From Lepidodermella squamata (Eukaryota > Animalia > Gastrotricha), in the NCBI GenBank assembly GCA_047495785.1, contig JBLDXI010000032.1:124001-188000 (forward strand): a stretch of 64,000 nucleotides of DNA, read 5' to 3'. The position numbers and the translations under genes were made by a program. Position 1 is the first letter of the stretch. Every line of letters begins with the position of its first letter. Of this stretch, positions 49,084 through 62,400 are shown in pieces. The notes under the pieces are model-generated. The model saw only the letters and a list, made by a program, of their open reading frames with translations, made no database searches and was not told where the DNA came from.

Positions 49084-50614
49084 CGAATTCTTGTGAATCA
49101 GTAAAAATAAATTTAAGCCGGTAGGATAAATTTTTGAAATAATTGAGATTATTATTGAGATTTTCGGTATCAAAAAAATGCAAAGGGCGCGCGATCTTCC
49201 TGGCACGAGCATCCCACGTGATTTAATTTTTTATTCGAACCGCCTCAACTACGCCGCCATTTTTTCTCGCGAACCTGTTTTCAATCTTTTAGAAAAAACT
49301 TATCAACATTTTTTTATTATCATCAAAAAAATTATCACAAATCAGTCATTGAAAGAGCAATAGTTTAAGAATTGACCGATAATCCAAATCAGCTAAACAT
49401 TACTCGAGAGGGCGGCTGCTGCAAGTCGAAAAAGTGACAAAATTGGATTTTTTTCCCGAAAATTAAATCGAATTTTATCGTCCTGATTTCGGCAGAGAGC
49501 CATCTAAAATAATCTATACGTTTAAACGTTGCTGAATAAACACTAAAGAAACACCAATTGATATTACCTGAAGCGTTCTCCGGTGTTTATATTTAATGTC
49601 ATGAGTCATGAAGGTCGCAAAGGTCGCGCAGCCCGCTGGAGCCTAACAACTGATGACTTATTGATGACAGACTTGAGTAAAACTAGTAAAAGTGATCTTG
49701 AACTGAGTTGAGTTGATATCAGGGAGTTAATTTTTGCTCATTTTTTCCAAGTTCCATTTTCAAGGCCTGAGGAATTAACCTGTGTTTATATTAAGGCCTG
49801 TGTTAATTAACCCTTCTCCACTCAATCAAACACTCCGTTATTGGACCTTTTTTGGACCAACAATTTAAATAATGGGTGCCAACTTTCATACATAAATATT
49901 TATTTATGACAAAATTGACATTCATACACATTTGTTTTTATTAAATTCAAGCTGAAAACATCGTTAAAATAACAAAATTATTAAGGGATGTTATTTACCC
50001 TTGTTATTAGCTCAAATTATGGGTTCAAAGGTCACCCGCAAAACATGCGTCAAGTTCAGGTCTGTTTTGCGGAATTTCTAGAAAACCAAGGTGGGCTCAT
50101 AAATTAATGAAAAAATACCGTGTGATACAAATATGAAGCCCCAGGATTTTACCTGGAATTTTCCGAGCTTACCTAGATTTTTAACAAATTTTGGAGTAAT
50201 TGCTTTAATTATTGACCATAACCTTGAATGTTTCGACGAGCTACCGACATTTATAAATTAAAACCAATCACATACTATTATTCTTTTACTGTTATTATTT
50301 CCAATATAATTTGAAATCGCTTCGACTGAAATCTTTATTAACGCCGAAAAATCATGATTAAAGTTATTTAATTAAGTTCCCTTGCTAATTTTAGGTGAGT
50401 AAAGGCCGATGCTATCGAAGAACTCAAAACTCAATCAACTTGTTTAACCTGCGCGCCGACCGCTCGAGTGGTCCAAAACCTTGGTTTTCAATTATACAGC
50501 GTACAGCCTCATCTTTATTACATACTTATTAATCTACAAACGTTAGCAGGCTTGCGCCTTTTGGGCTGTAGCAAGGTAAGGCTCACCAAAGGAGACTGAT
50601 TTTTCGACATTTTC

Positions 50615-51767
50615 GGTCCTATGACATGATCGCCCGGTATGTTAACACCCCGACGTTTCCGCCCCGACAAGTTAGCAAAATGACATTTACGCCGAATAAT
50701 TTTTCAGATCATTTTCAAAATTGAACCTTCCGCCCAGCGGGATGAAAAGACGCGGGAAATTATTTTAATAATTTTTAAAAATAATAAGAAAATGAAAAAT
50801 TGTACTGTCCGAAGATATGGACGACGCGGACGACGCTTGAATAATTTTAATCACCAGGATCACCAGGAAACACGGAATGACAGTGTCAACCCTGGCATTA
50901 TTCTTTTTCGCCATTATTCTTCTGATATTTCTAGTTAAATGATTCTTCTGATGATTAACACTTTAACTGCCAAAAAAACCTGCGAAATCCGATGTTTGGA
51001 CCCAAATCCTGAGTCTGTCGAAAAGTCCTTTTTTCGGGTCAACGATGCATCGTAGAGCAGAATGCCTGACAGCAAAATGTAGACCATGACCCGGCGGTTC
51101 TTTTGACAGCGAATTCAGGGCCACAAGGTCTGAGCGAGTCATTGAAAATGACAGTGAAATAACGTCGAAATTTGGATTAGAGCCAAAATCAGACCCAAGA
51201 ATTGGACCTAATTATTCGACCCAGATTATGGCGCAACAATCGAAATTTCACCTTTTTTACAAGTTGATTTCTGATGTGCGTTCCTTGAAGTCTTTGGCCC
51301 CAAATTTGGTGTCAAAAGAACCGCCGGGTCATGGCCTACATTTTGCCTTTGCTGTCAGGCATTCTGCTCTACGACGCATCGTTGACACGGAAAAAGGACT
51401 TTTCGACAGACCCAGGATTTGGATCCAAATATCGGATCTCGCAGTCTATTTTTGGCAGTTAAAGTGTTGAAGTTTTGGCTATATAGCCAATTTCTTTTCG
51501 TTTCAATTCTTCTTCGTCTATAATCTACTACTGAAATGATGATGACTAAGCACAAGTATAATAAACTAAATGGGGCGGATTTGTCGCCAGCTGTATTGTC
51601 GTTGCATCCGGCGGAAATGTCCTGGGCGGAAAGTGAACATTTATAAATAATGGTCTGAAAAATTTATGGCGTTATTGTCGCCCTGTAAAATAATTTCCAT
51701 AGGACTAAAATGACGTTTCGCGTTAATGTCGGGGCGATAATGTCCGGGGCGTTCATGTCGCAACACC
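50615..51767. mobile_element. Degenerate TIR element with CGCCCCGACA subterminal repeats
   Basis: gacatgatcgcc..cgccccgaca at the left end vs tgtcggggcg..ggcgttcatgtc at the right end. Confidence 0.55.
50959..51466. mobile_element. piggyBac-like MITE with long (about 165 bp) inverted repeats, nested in the previous element
   Basis: TTAA-CACTTTAACTGCC ... GGCAGTTAAAGTG-TTGA; 50959-51125 is the reverse complement of about 51295-51466. Confidence 0.75.
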
Positions 51768-54371
51768 ACATTTTCATGTTAAATTATTTTTATTTGTTAC
51801 TGGTTTTACTACTATTTTAATTTCCACCGCGTTTGTAGCCGAATTTTCAATTCGCTTGTAATCAGATTTATTTCAAACGCATCTTTTAAATTTCTGCAGT
51901 CTTTCGTATTATTATTGTCATTTTACGTTTACGTAATGTCGCGTGGCGGCGTTGGATTAAAACGCCAGTTACCTACAAGCCTGGCTGTGTACGCTCGTTC
52001 CAATTATGGTCTGGTCGAATTCGAGCGCCCATCAATGACTGCGACACCATTTCGCAAAGGCCGTCGCTACCTGAACCGGTAATTTACGACAGAACCATCA
52101 CCCAGGCTTCATTTAAACGCGACCGAAGTACGACATGGCTGTTTATGAGCGACCGAAATTAGAGTGCGTAACAGTTGACCGCCCGGCGTACGTAGTCAAG
52201 GCTTTCGAGCGTCCGAAATACCGCTTGGCCGAATATCAAAGGCCTGAGCCCTCGCCGCCGCAAAATTGGGACGCCATCCGGAAGATGAATAAAGTCGTGT
52301 GCTTGTTTGACGATGATGATGACGCTGATGCGGTTTCCGAGTCGGAGATTGAAATCTCGAAGCGAGGCCGACAGGCGACGGAGGAATTATATCCAGGCAT
52401 CGTTAAATGTTTTCACGCCTGTATCGATAAGAAACACGCCGTAATAGCCGCAGCTAAGCGCCACGGAAAGAATGAAGTTGTTAGCGTACGTGTTCCTGAA
52501 CTGGTGGAGGAGTGTCAGGTAAATCATATAAATTACTACTTGCTTTTTCTCCTTTTCTTTATTAAAAGTTTACCAAAATTACTGATTTCATTACACGAGC
52601 CGCAATAATTTCCTATAATTATTATATCTGTATTACAGTTGAATGGCTACAAGGTTAGCAGTTCGTCGATAAAACGGATGTTTCCTGCCCCGCTCGCCGG
52701 TCACAATTACACGCAAAGCAATACCGCGCGGTTATCGATTTGAAGCGGCGGCCGAAACAGTGCAACATAAGAAATGGCGATGATCAGCTCGATCATCACC
52801 GAAATGGCCATGCTGGAAGAAGCTATGCCTCGCGGTGTTGTTTACATGTCATGCGATAATAAGCATTCGATTGTCATTGGAGGAAGTATTGTATCGAAAC
52901 TGGTTACCGACCGTGGTATTACTACATGCCTGAGAATCGTGCAGATCACAACGACCATGACTATCCCGCTGATAAAGACCTGAAAATCCATAGATAAAAA
53001 AATACTGAAGATATGACACTCACGATCTAGCCCTGTTGTGAAAATAAAATCACGCGACCTTTGGACCCTATACAATTGTATGGCAAAAACTTCGACAAAT
53101 ATTTTCTCCAAAACATCCATCTCGATTTTTTGTGGGAAAAATAGGGAAAATTCGTAATTTTTCGTATGATTTTATGACAAAATTTAAGCGCGCGGTTCCG
53201 AAAAGTGAATTTTAAGTCGTCGATTAACCGAAATTTCGACATTTTTCATTCACAATTTTCTCACTACTACGATTTTTTTGCGTGATTTCATATCGGCACG
53301 TGCCAAATAGTGCGATCTCGCAAATATTAATTCATTCTTCACTTAGCGTGAACAAGCTTGTTATAAAAATAAGCAGCTAGTGAAAATGCTACATCTTTAA
53401 TCGCTTGATTCTGGAGGGATAATTTCGACTTGCTCGTGAAGCTTTTCGCAACCATACATATTTCGGGGGATCCCAGATCCCAGCTTATCCAGTGGTAATT
53501 CGAACGTCATTGGACCGGCCTTGGTTTCTTTTTTGCCGAAGTTCAAGACATGCCCATCAACTCATAAGCCTGTATTTTATCAAACTAGCTAGAGCTTTAT
53601 CGCGGATCTAATCGCTGATCTCAGGAAACAAATTCGTTGATTATTTACTCATCACGATACTTATATGTTCCCGGCATCAGTCATACTAGCATCAGTCAAC
53701 TTCAAAAATATGGGCTGAAATGATACAAGCACAGAGCAAAACACTGAGCAATATTGATTGCTGGTAAAGACGACGAAAATAGCATGAATTCATTTCGCTT
53801 CGGACACAATTTTCGGCAGCAAAATAATCAGAGAGCACTGCATTTTCCATAGTTCCAGGGCAGAACATGATAAGAAAAAAATTAAATTTAGGGAAAAAAC
53901 AGAAGTCGCACGCCGGATTTCCAAGCGTTGCCATGGCAACAGGGCTAAAAATAGTAACAAAACCCAAAATTATAGCCCTAGGTTATATGTGGAATCGATG
54001 CATGCAAATTATATGAGTGAGTGTCAAAAAAATCAAGTAGTAAGCTATAATTTTCCCGTAATTTTTGGAGGATGATGTTTATTTTTAATTAATTTTTTAA
54101 ATAATTGCAATACTGTGTATTTGACTGCAAAAAAGCATAACAAGAAGCACGCGCGAGTGTCATCTTCAGTATTTTTTTATCTATGTGAAAATCATTCCAG
54201 CTGGCTATGATATTTTCGAGTAGCCGTTCCACAGCGCCGAGGGCCGCTTGCTCTGGAAGGCAAGAAAAGTAATAGTCGTAAACAGGTAATTTTTTAAATT
54301 TTCAAAATAATTGAATTATTAAAATTTATTTTACTTCGCGAGGAATTTCTTTTAAATAATTTTGTTTATAG

Positions 54372-55410
54372 AGCCATGAGCCATGTGATCGAAAAGAATG
54401 TTTTTATGAAATTATATTCTCAGTAAATTTATTAAATTAATATTTGTATGGTATAACATGAGTAAAAAGTTTATATCTGAACGGAGCCGGCCGAGATTTA
54501 CGAATCGAAACGAGCCGGAGGCGAGGTGCGATGAGTAAATCGAGTACGGCGATTTCAGATATAAACGATTTACGAATGTTATACCGTAAAATATCGAATT
54601 GTCAAAGCTACTCGACCTATATTTTTGACGACAATTCTATATTTTTCCGGGTGTGATCGAAAGAAAATTTGCCCCCATAGTTATTAAATTTATCTGATTT
54701 TGAGGAATCCTGAAATTTATTGTCATCATCGCGAATGACTCCGAAGCAACCTTTGAGTATACCAAAAGCCTTCGATGACAATTCGAATGCTAATGATCGC
54801 GGCCTGGAATCTTCGCTGAGCTTCACTCAAAGCTCAAAGGATCACTCAGAGGCGTTATGAGGGACACCAAACATAGATTCCCGGAGTCGCCGCGATGAGG
54901 TTCATACCAGGATATCGAATTTCAATTTTAATTTCTTGTGTAAGTCTTGCCCCTTTCTCTCTTGCCCGTCTTCTCGTTATTATAATTCTGTTTCCCATCG
55001 CGAACCGATCAACCGATCAACACGAAGCGAAAATTGAGACTACGATTATAGTTTCAAGTTCTAGAGCACGAAATAAGGCTATAACTTGGAGAACCTTTAA
55101 ATTAAAAATTTTTCGAAATGTTTAATAAGAAGGCTGAAAAATTCAAGTTTCGTCAAGGAACTTGAAGTCTCGCCTTCATTTTTCAATATTGAGAATGAAA
55201 TTGAGAATGACACCTAAATCGCTGTGTTTCGCAATATTTTCACTTGTTACGCAACAGCAATAATTTTCAGGTTTTCTCAAAATCAGATAAATTTAATAAA
55301 AATTGGGGCAAATTTCCTTTCGATCACACCCGGAAAAATATTAATTTAATAAATTTACTGAGAATAAGATTTTATAAAAACATTTTTTCGATCACATGGC
55401 TCATAGTACC
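54372..55410. mobile_element. TIR element with TGTGATCG subterminal motif, inserted in the transposase relic
   Basis: 54376-54445 plus 54641-54704 are the reverse complement of 55276-55404. Confidence 0.72.
54446..54592. mobile_element. Small palindromic element nested in the left TIR
   Basis: ggtataacat..gtaaa..gtttatatctgaa ... ttcagatataaac..tttac..atgttatacc arms around a central gagccggaggcgag. Confidence 0.6.
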
Positions 55411-56834
55411 ATAGTAAACAAATTTTATTGGTCACAATTAAAAAAAATAATAATTATTTTATTTCTAGATTTTATCGTATTTGCAGATGCAAACTTTTCA
55501 ATGACTGCGGCATGGCGGAACACATGTCCGACATATTACGTTTTATGTAATGCTGAAAACAAACACCCGCAATGCCTCGTCCTCTCTGTTGACGCCGGGC
55601 CTGATTGGCGCATCGAATATGCAAACAACCGGTATTTCTACCGGCTGCTGTTCAGGGAGCTCAAACTGGAATCGCTGGTGGTGGGCCGTTATGCACCTGG
55701 TTTCAGCTGCCGCAATAAGGTACAGCAGCTTATCACCTCATTTTTTAGATATGTGATTTAAGCGCAATTCGAGCCTGATTTTTTCTCACTTCTCGTATGA
55801 AATTCGAAAAACTAGTGTGTAATAAATAAGTAATAAATATATTTTTGATCTTTTTAGCGCGTGTGGTCGCGAGTCAACGAGGGCTACATCGGCCAGACAA
55901 CTGCTCATCCAGACATCTGGCGCGAGATCTATCCCAATGATGAGCCGAAAAGGCGCGAAATGGCTGCTTGACACGGTAACCACGCTCGGCAACCTCAAAA
56001 AGACACAAGTCACCGTCAAACACGTAACTGAAAAACGCCCGTTTCTCGACAAATTTCTCGTCACCCAGGAAGAGCCCGACTTCGTGAATGAAAAGAAGCC
56101 GAGCAAACAACGGCGGAAAACTAACAAGCGGCTTCTACGACAGCTCGTTCTAGCCGATAAACACGTTGATTAGTAAGTTTTCTGCATTTATTATCGTGTT
56201 ATTTTTTTCATTCAACTATATTAAAATTTTTCAATATTTGAAATAATTGAAATATATTACAAATTTTCAGCCGCTCCGGTTTGCTCATCTTCAACCGGTG
56301 CCGAAAGTCCGACTGCCCCGCATGCTCGTCGTTGCCGAGTCCCACGTCGGAGTTGCATCAGTACCTGGCCAGTCAAGGCTTGCCTGATCCGGAACACGAC
56401 CCGGCCACTACCAGAAATTCGAGCAGCGAAAAGGCGGCACGGCGGGCGTCAGTTGAGGCAACAACTCCTCGTCCTCCTCCTCAATTTGGCCGCTGCAAAA
56501 TTTGTCGCAGTTACTCGTTTTTTGAGCGACGCCGACCGGGCGCGCCACAATAATCGTCTTCACACCGCCGATTAATTTACTGTTTCAAGTTGAGCATTTG
56601 TAAGCGGCCGGTGTTTTTCATGAAAATACGTTTATATTGTATTGAAAAAATCGGAAATCGGATAACGAATTTTATGCTGGTAGATTCGTAATAAAGAGGC
56701 GCATTCCGATGAAAATGTTGTTTAATTCGTAACATATTTTGGGAAATCAAGAATGGGCGGAAACGGGATTAAAAAATGATGCGTAAACCACAACAATGAC
56801 CCGCTATTGTTCTCAGTGCGCCATTGTACAGCGG

Positions 56835-57218
56835 AATATCTTTTAGCGGAACCAAATTTACAGTGAGCGGAACCAAATTTGCTGTATCGGAACCAAATAT
56901 GCTGTAGCGGAACCAAATTTGCTTTTTGCGGAACCAAACTCAAAATATGCCAAGAGTCATTTTTTGAATATTTCTAAGAATTTTAGGCTAAGCGTGAATT
57001 CTGAATTGAACACTGCGTCTTATAGAGAATGTTGCGCTGAATTCACTGGTGAATTTTTTAAAATTATTGGGGCCAATTTTGACATGCAATACATATCCGA
57101 AAAGCGATTTCAGGCCACTGGAAAATTCTAAAATTTGGTTCCGCTAACAGCATATTTGGTTCCGATACAGCAAATTTGGTTCCGCTCACTGTAAATTTGG
57201 TTCCGGTAACAGGAAGAC
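56835..57218. mobile_element. MITE with inverted arrays of CGGAACCAAAT about 20-bp units (related fragment at 37220-37440)
   Basis: Five direct units at 56845-56940 and four inverted units at 57131-57206. Confidence 0.75.
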
Positions 57219-57226
57219 CCATTGTA

Positions 57227-58927
57227 CAGGGTGTTCAAGAAATAATAGGCTATTTTTAGCGTTGGACTTTAGCCAGACGACACGCGAATTTTCAAACACT
57301 TAAGACGCGAGTCGTAACGGCGTGTTTTTTTGTAAAAGCGGGAACTTATGTTTTGACCGTAATTTTTTATTCCCACCTCAAAACCAAAAATTGAAAAAAA
57401 TCGTCGAGGAAATAGCATCATCAAAAATCACATTTAGAGGGCTGTGATCGAAAGAGTAATAAATTTGTTATAAATTTATTTTTTGCTTATAACGCTAATA
57501 TAAATCGCTCGCGCTAAGTTTTATGTGCAGCAAAAAAATACTGTGATTTTTTGCTGCTGTTTAAGTTCTAATATTCTCTTACGTTATTCACGTCATTTGG
57601 GTCATTTCCTTCATTCATAAATTTTGACATTGCGCGCAGAGGTGAAACACTGCCCTCGCGGTCTGCATAGCCAATGGCCTCAAGACGATGTTCCAATTCT
57701 TTTGTTGAATCTGGAAAGCTAGTTTTTACCATTTTTCCCAAGAAAATAATCGTGATACAAAAACTACCAAAAGCTAACTCGATTTTCAATCCGCCAATAG
57801 CCGCATTTTTCGTGTCACAAACTACCTGTATGCTGATGCCTTTATTTTATGATTTTAATCACAAACGAGTTTTCCCCAGCTTGAAAAATTTACCCTCTCA
57901 CGCCTTATTTTGCATAATATTGAAGTGCCTCGTAAAAGCTGCCATTTCGAATGATGCAATAGCTAGATTTCAAGTCATCGAATGATTGTGGAATTTGTCA
58001 AAGGAGAAAAATATTTATCAGGGGTAATGCCAGCTTCTATAGCTTCTTATTCTGCTAAGAAAGCTGTTAGATACCAGTTAAAAGGTAACAGGTGTGCGAT
58101 GAAATTGAATGATAACACTCAATCTATCATATATTTTGAAACTCGTGATTCGATTTACCGGTTTATCGAAAACGATCTGCTGAAAATAGTGATAATGACT
58201 GTAGTAAAGAATGCAATTGAAGCAGCAGAATAGGCAGAATAGGCAATAATATAGCACCAACAATAAAAAGTGTACGATAGATTTTTTTTCTGTGTCGCAC
58301 TATAACGTCATTATAATGTTGTTATAAATCTTATTTATGTACGATCACAGCCCTCTTAAATTGGTTTCGTGAATCGGAACTGAAATGTATTTAATTTCGT
58401 TGATTACAATAGTCAAGTTGATGAAAAATGACAGGTGAAATATGGACCAACAGTTTCCGGCTGGAAATTTTAAGATTAATCAACCAATTTGTAGTATTTT
58501 TCGTAGTAACTCGGCGACGCAAAGATTGAGCCATTTTTGTAAGTCTGCGCGAAAATGTTTTCCGCTGTCTCACCTGTCACACTGGTTTTTAACAGTTTTT
58601 ATGGTGACAGTGTTACCCCGAATGTCATCCAGAAAAGTAAAACGAGGTATTGAGCTGAGTGCTGAGTAAAATAGCAAAGCACCAAATGAAAGTTGGATTT
58701 GAATGAATGAATTTCATCAGATTAAAATGTATTCAAAAACCGAATTGAGAGCTATATTTTTTCATTTATTCTATTTTCCGTCTATTTCGACACGCGATAC
58801 TGAAAACTGAAATCGGTGGGTTGAGGTTGGGCTAGATGGTTCAGGGTCCAGCTTGACAACTTGCTCGCGTGGTGTCTGGCTAAAGTCCAACGCTAAAAAT
58901 AGCCTGGCTATTATTTCTTGAACCCTG
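57227..58927. mobile_element. Tc1/mariner-type non-autonomous element
   Basis: TA-CAGGGTGTTCAAGAAATAATAG..TTAGCGTTGGACTTTAGCCAGAC at the left end, with its reverse complement ending ..CTTGAACCCTG-TA at the right end. Confidence 0.8.
57436..58356. mobile_element. TIR element (AGAGGGCTGTGATCG) nested in the mariner-like element
   Basis: agagggctgtgatcg at about 57438 and cgatcacagccctct at 58342-58356. Confidence 0.72.
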
Positions 58928-59469
58928 TATTTAAAACGACGCGGAAAACGTTGAAATCGACTTTCTCCTGCCCGTGGTTAAGTATAGCTCACACAATTCC
59001 ACGCACTCACTCGCGCTTTCCACGGCTTTCGGTCGCGATTTGGTTTCGCAACCGCTCGCGCACACGATTGCACGACTTTCCATTGAAACCGCCCGGTTTC
59101 CATCGTTTTCCACGGTTTTCTACGACTACCCGCCACCATCCACCCATGGCTTTTCATTAAATCCTTCCGCTTTCCAAAATGACGTTTAATTCGGCCTCAT
59201 TTCTTGGTCAAAAAAACTTGCATAGGTAGTATCAAATTACTAACTGATCTCAAATGGCGATGTAGTAGTGGCGAGTTAAAGTGTGTCTGTCGCGCCTTCT
59301 GTTAACATTTAAGATTTAAACCGATAGTCTGTAAGAACAAGCCGTGTGTCATCGCTGTTTCAACACATTTCAGTCGATTTTCGGGTTAACTGTTTTCGAG
59401 GAAAATGTTTCAGCTAATCCGTTTTCGGGGAAAGTTTTTCGGGGGCACGGGAATAAATCCTTATCGAGA

Positions 59470-62400
59470 CTCAGGGTGTCTCATGAATTCATCCCCAAAA
59501 TGAATGAAAATAGATGGATTTGCATGAATAAACGAATACAACAACGAAAATTATTAATTCAGGAAATTCCATTTATAATGCAGATAAATAACCGAGAGTC
59601 ATGGGCATTTTGCCACTCACTCCTGGATCTCAAAAATAAGACCAATTAGCTGTTTTTTATATAATAATTATTTGAATGTGGAAAAATCTGTTTAAAGTTC
59701 GATTTTCCGAAAAGCAAACTGTACAATTATGGGCCAAAGCCTTCCGCTACGAATCTAAAGCGTTGAAAAAATAACAGGAATTTTCACGCTCAAAGCGCAT
59801 GATCGTCTCAATCGCTGGTCGGCATGTGATAGCGACAAAGAAAAATCTTTCAATCGGACATTTTTCTGCGTTGTACGCAACCTCCTTGTATTTATTTATT
59901 TATGGTTTTAGTCCAAGAAGAAAAAAATCACATGCATCAACATTCACTTTTTAAGCTTATATACCAATATGGCCTACCAATTTCTAAATGGTGGAATAGT
60001 CTTTGAGCAAAAATATAGATAACAGGCGATCAACACTTGAGAAAGATATTATATATAATGCAAGCTTCTCAAACATTTTCATCAAAGTAAAGTAAATTAG
60101 GATGAGCAGGTCCGCGACTTGGATTTGAGCGAAGTTCCGCGTTTTAGCTAAACACCTTGGTAGCATTGGTTAGGATCCGAGTACGGCGGCGACTGGCCAT
60201 CGGAGACCTGAAATTATAAAAGTTTCTAGTTTAGTCTTCAGCCTTCAACGGCTAAAAAACCTCGGATGGCGCGCGGCAGCCGAAATCGGCACGTCGACAA
60301 TCGGCAAACGGCTTGTTCGGAACATTCCGATAACAGCGAACGTATTTCTGCGAGGGCAAAACCGTAACATTATTTATAGGCATCTCTGAAATTCAGAAGT
60401 GGCATATACCCAATTAAGGTCAGCTCGATGGTTGCAGGCGAGGAGATTGCGACCAAAATACGCGAAACCATTGTACAGCGGCGACTAAGAAATTGTTGCA
60501 AAGCGATAAAGTTTGATTTTCAGATAATAATTCATTACGATTTTTGTCTCATTAGCCAGGCAGCCTTGATCGCCGGCAATGCATCGGAAAGTTGAGCCGC
60601 TGACGCATTTTCTTACGTTCTGAAACACGACATTTTAGGTGGGATTGTTAGCAATAAGAAAATCAACTCACGCCTTTGTCACAGGTGTCCGTATAACGAG
60701 CTTTCCATTCTTTGAACGGAGTTTCGCCTTCACGGCAGTACGGCCTGCAGGCTTCGAATTGCCCAGTTTTCGTATTGATGCATCGATAAACCAGTTTAGC
60801 TAGTGAATAAATAAACTCATATCAGCAGATGAAAGTAGATTTTCCAAGTTTGAATTTCTTGTGTTAAGAACAGACAAGCCCTCGGTTTCGAACAACAATA
60901 GCCTGAAGAAAAAATCCTGTCATACTTTTTGAAATGCGAACTGAACCTCTTGATCAAGAAACTTTAAGGAAATGCCAAGAAAACGGGGTACCGAAAACGT
61001 TTTTCACTAGAAAATGTTCAGTGGTGAATAGCAAGGGCCCTAATTTCGAACTTGGTAAAAACCCCAACCTAGACCGAACCCTGACTCTAACCAGTTTAAT
61101 ATCCGAATAAATCGGTTAGGTATTGAATTAAATGAAATTTGGCACGGCCGTATGATTTTCCCATAACAATTTTAATAATCTTAGCATTTTATACATAAAT
61201 ATGTAACCTGCGAAAATCTTGTAGGGGAAGGATTTCCTTTCTAATTTTGAAAACGACAAATTTTCTGGCTCAATTTTGATAGAAAAATCGTTTTTCTAAT
61301 ATTTTCAAACATTTTGCGAATGCGGTATATCTCTCGACTAGCTGGAACTAACCCACGCGAATTATTGTAGCGCTCCGCGGTAAAATAATGACCGCAAAAA
61401 GAGATTTGTACCGAAACTCTTGTGATTAGTGAATCATAGTTCTAGAAGAAGCCGATTTGCTGCGGAAAAATATCGCGTCTGCGTTGCAGGTATTATAGCA
61501 AAAGTTGAAAGAAAGAAATCGTGTCCTCAACTTACTACAGCTTTTGACGCTGTCAACGCCTTGGCATTCGGCAAAGGCGCCACTAGAATCCAGGCACTGC
61601 AAACCAGTGTAACCTGAACTTCTGCACGCATTTCCCGCCGCATTGAAATCGCCTCTCGGTACCATATTGTAAAAAACTGAATTCGAATTCCACCGCGAAC
61701 AAGTTTCGCCCGTAGTTGTTTTCGAAAGAGAGCCTTCATAGTCGACCAAGTTCTTCGTGATTGCGCATTCCCGGTTCAGTTCGGTCGCTTTTACGCCGGG
61801 ACACGTTGCGTAAACTGTAACTGTGGCGCTCCCGCCTGGCTTAGGAAGGTTAAAGTACACCAAGGCTTGATTTTTGTTTGTCACGAAAACGCGTCCGGAA
61901 AATGTGGTGGCCACGCAGAACCTAAATTTGACAATGCAAAGCTTTAACTGCACGGCGCAGCCAACGTTACCTGAATCCAGGATAACCCTCGGGTCCTAGG
62001 TCTCTGATGAGAATGAAGTTCTTACAATCCAACTGATCTAAAAAATATTATGCGTGGAAAAGTTGTTTCAAGTAAAACAGGTATAATCACTGACTTAAAG
62101 ATTCCAGTCGTCCTGGCCGTTCGGGGAAACCAAACACTAGTCCGCTTGTGTTACCCTAGCAGCTAAAAGTAGCAGTAAGTTTGACACGGAAAATATTCCT
62201 ACTGTTTTAACAATCCATGAACAGCTCGAATTTTGATTGTTAGGGCTAGCGATATCAACCGTAGTACAAGGCGGGACGTAGATTTCGCCGACACAGCCGT
62301 TTGCCGGATCCGTCGGGTATGAAATGTCGCAAAAATCGCCGCCGAGGCCAGGCGGACACAAACATTTTGTGCAGTTGACGCTCGGATTAGGATAACCCCC

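Larger units (their letters stand above)
52135..56553 (+). pseudogene. Fragmented Zator/TP36-like DD(E) transposase relic
   Basis: Motifs MSCDNKHSIVIG, DHDY, LSVDAGPD..LFRELKLESLVVGRYAPGFSCRNKV and a C-terminal CRKSDCPAC; interrupted by frameshifts and insertions. Family assigned from remembered motifs, not a search. Confidence 0.6.

Noticed and set aside
56845-57206. Regularly spaced CGGAACCAAAT repeats resembling a CRISPR array
   Set aside because: Spacers are only about 8 nt, the arrays are inverted relative to each other, there are no cas genes and the context is eukaryotic; it is a MITE
61072-61475. Possible extra exon present only in astacin-like copy 2
   Set aside because: The flanking exons already join in phase 1, and candidate acceptors in that phase hit stops; treated as an intronic indel
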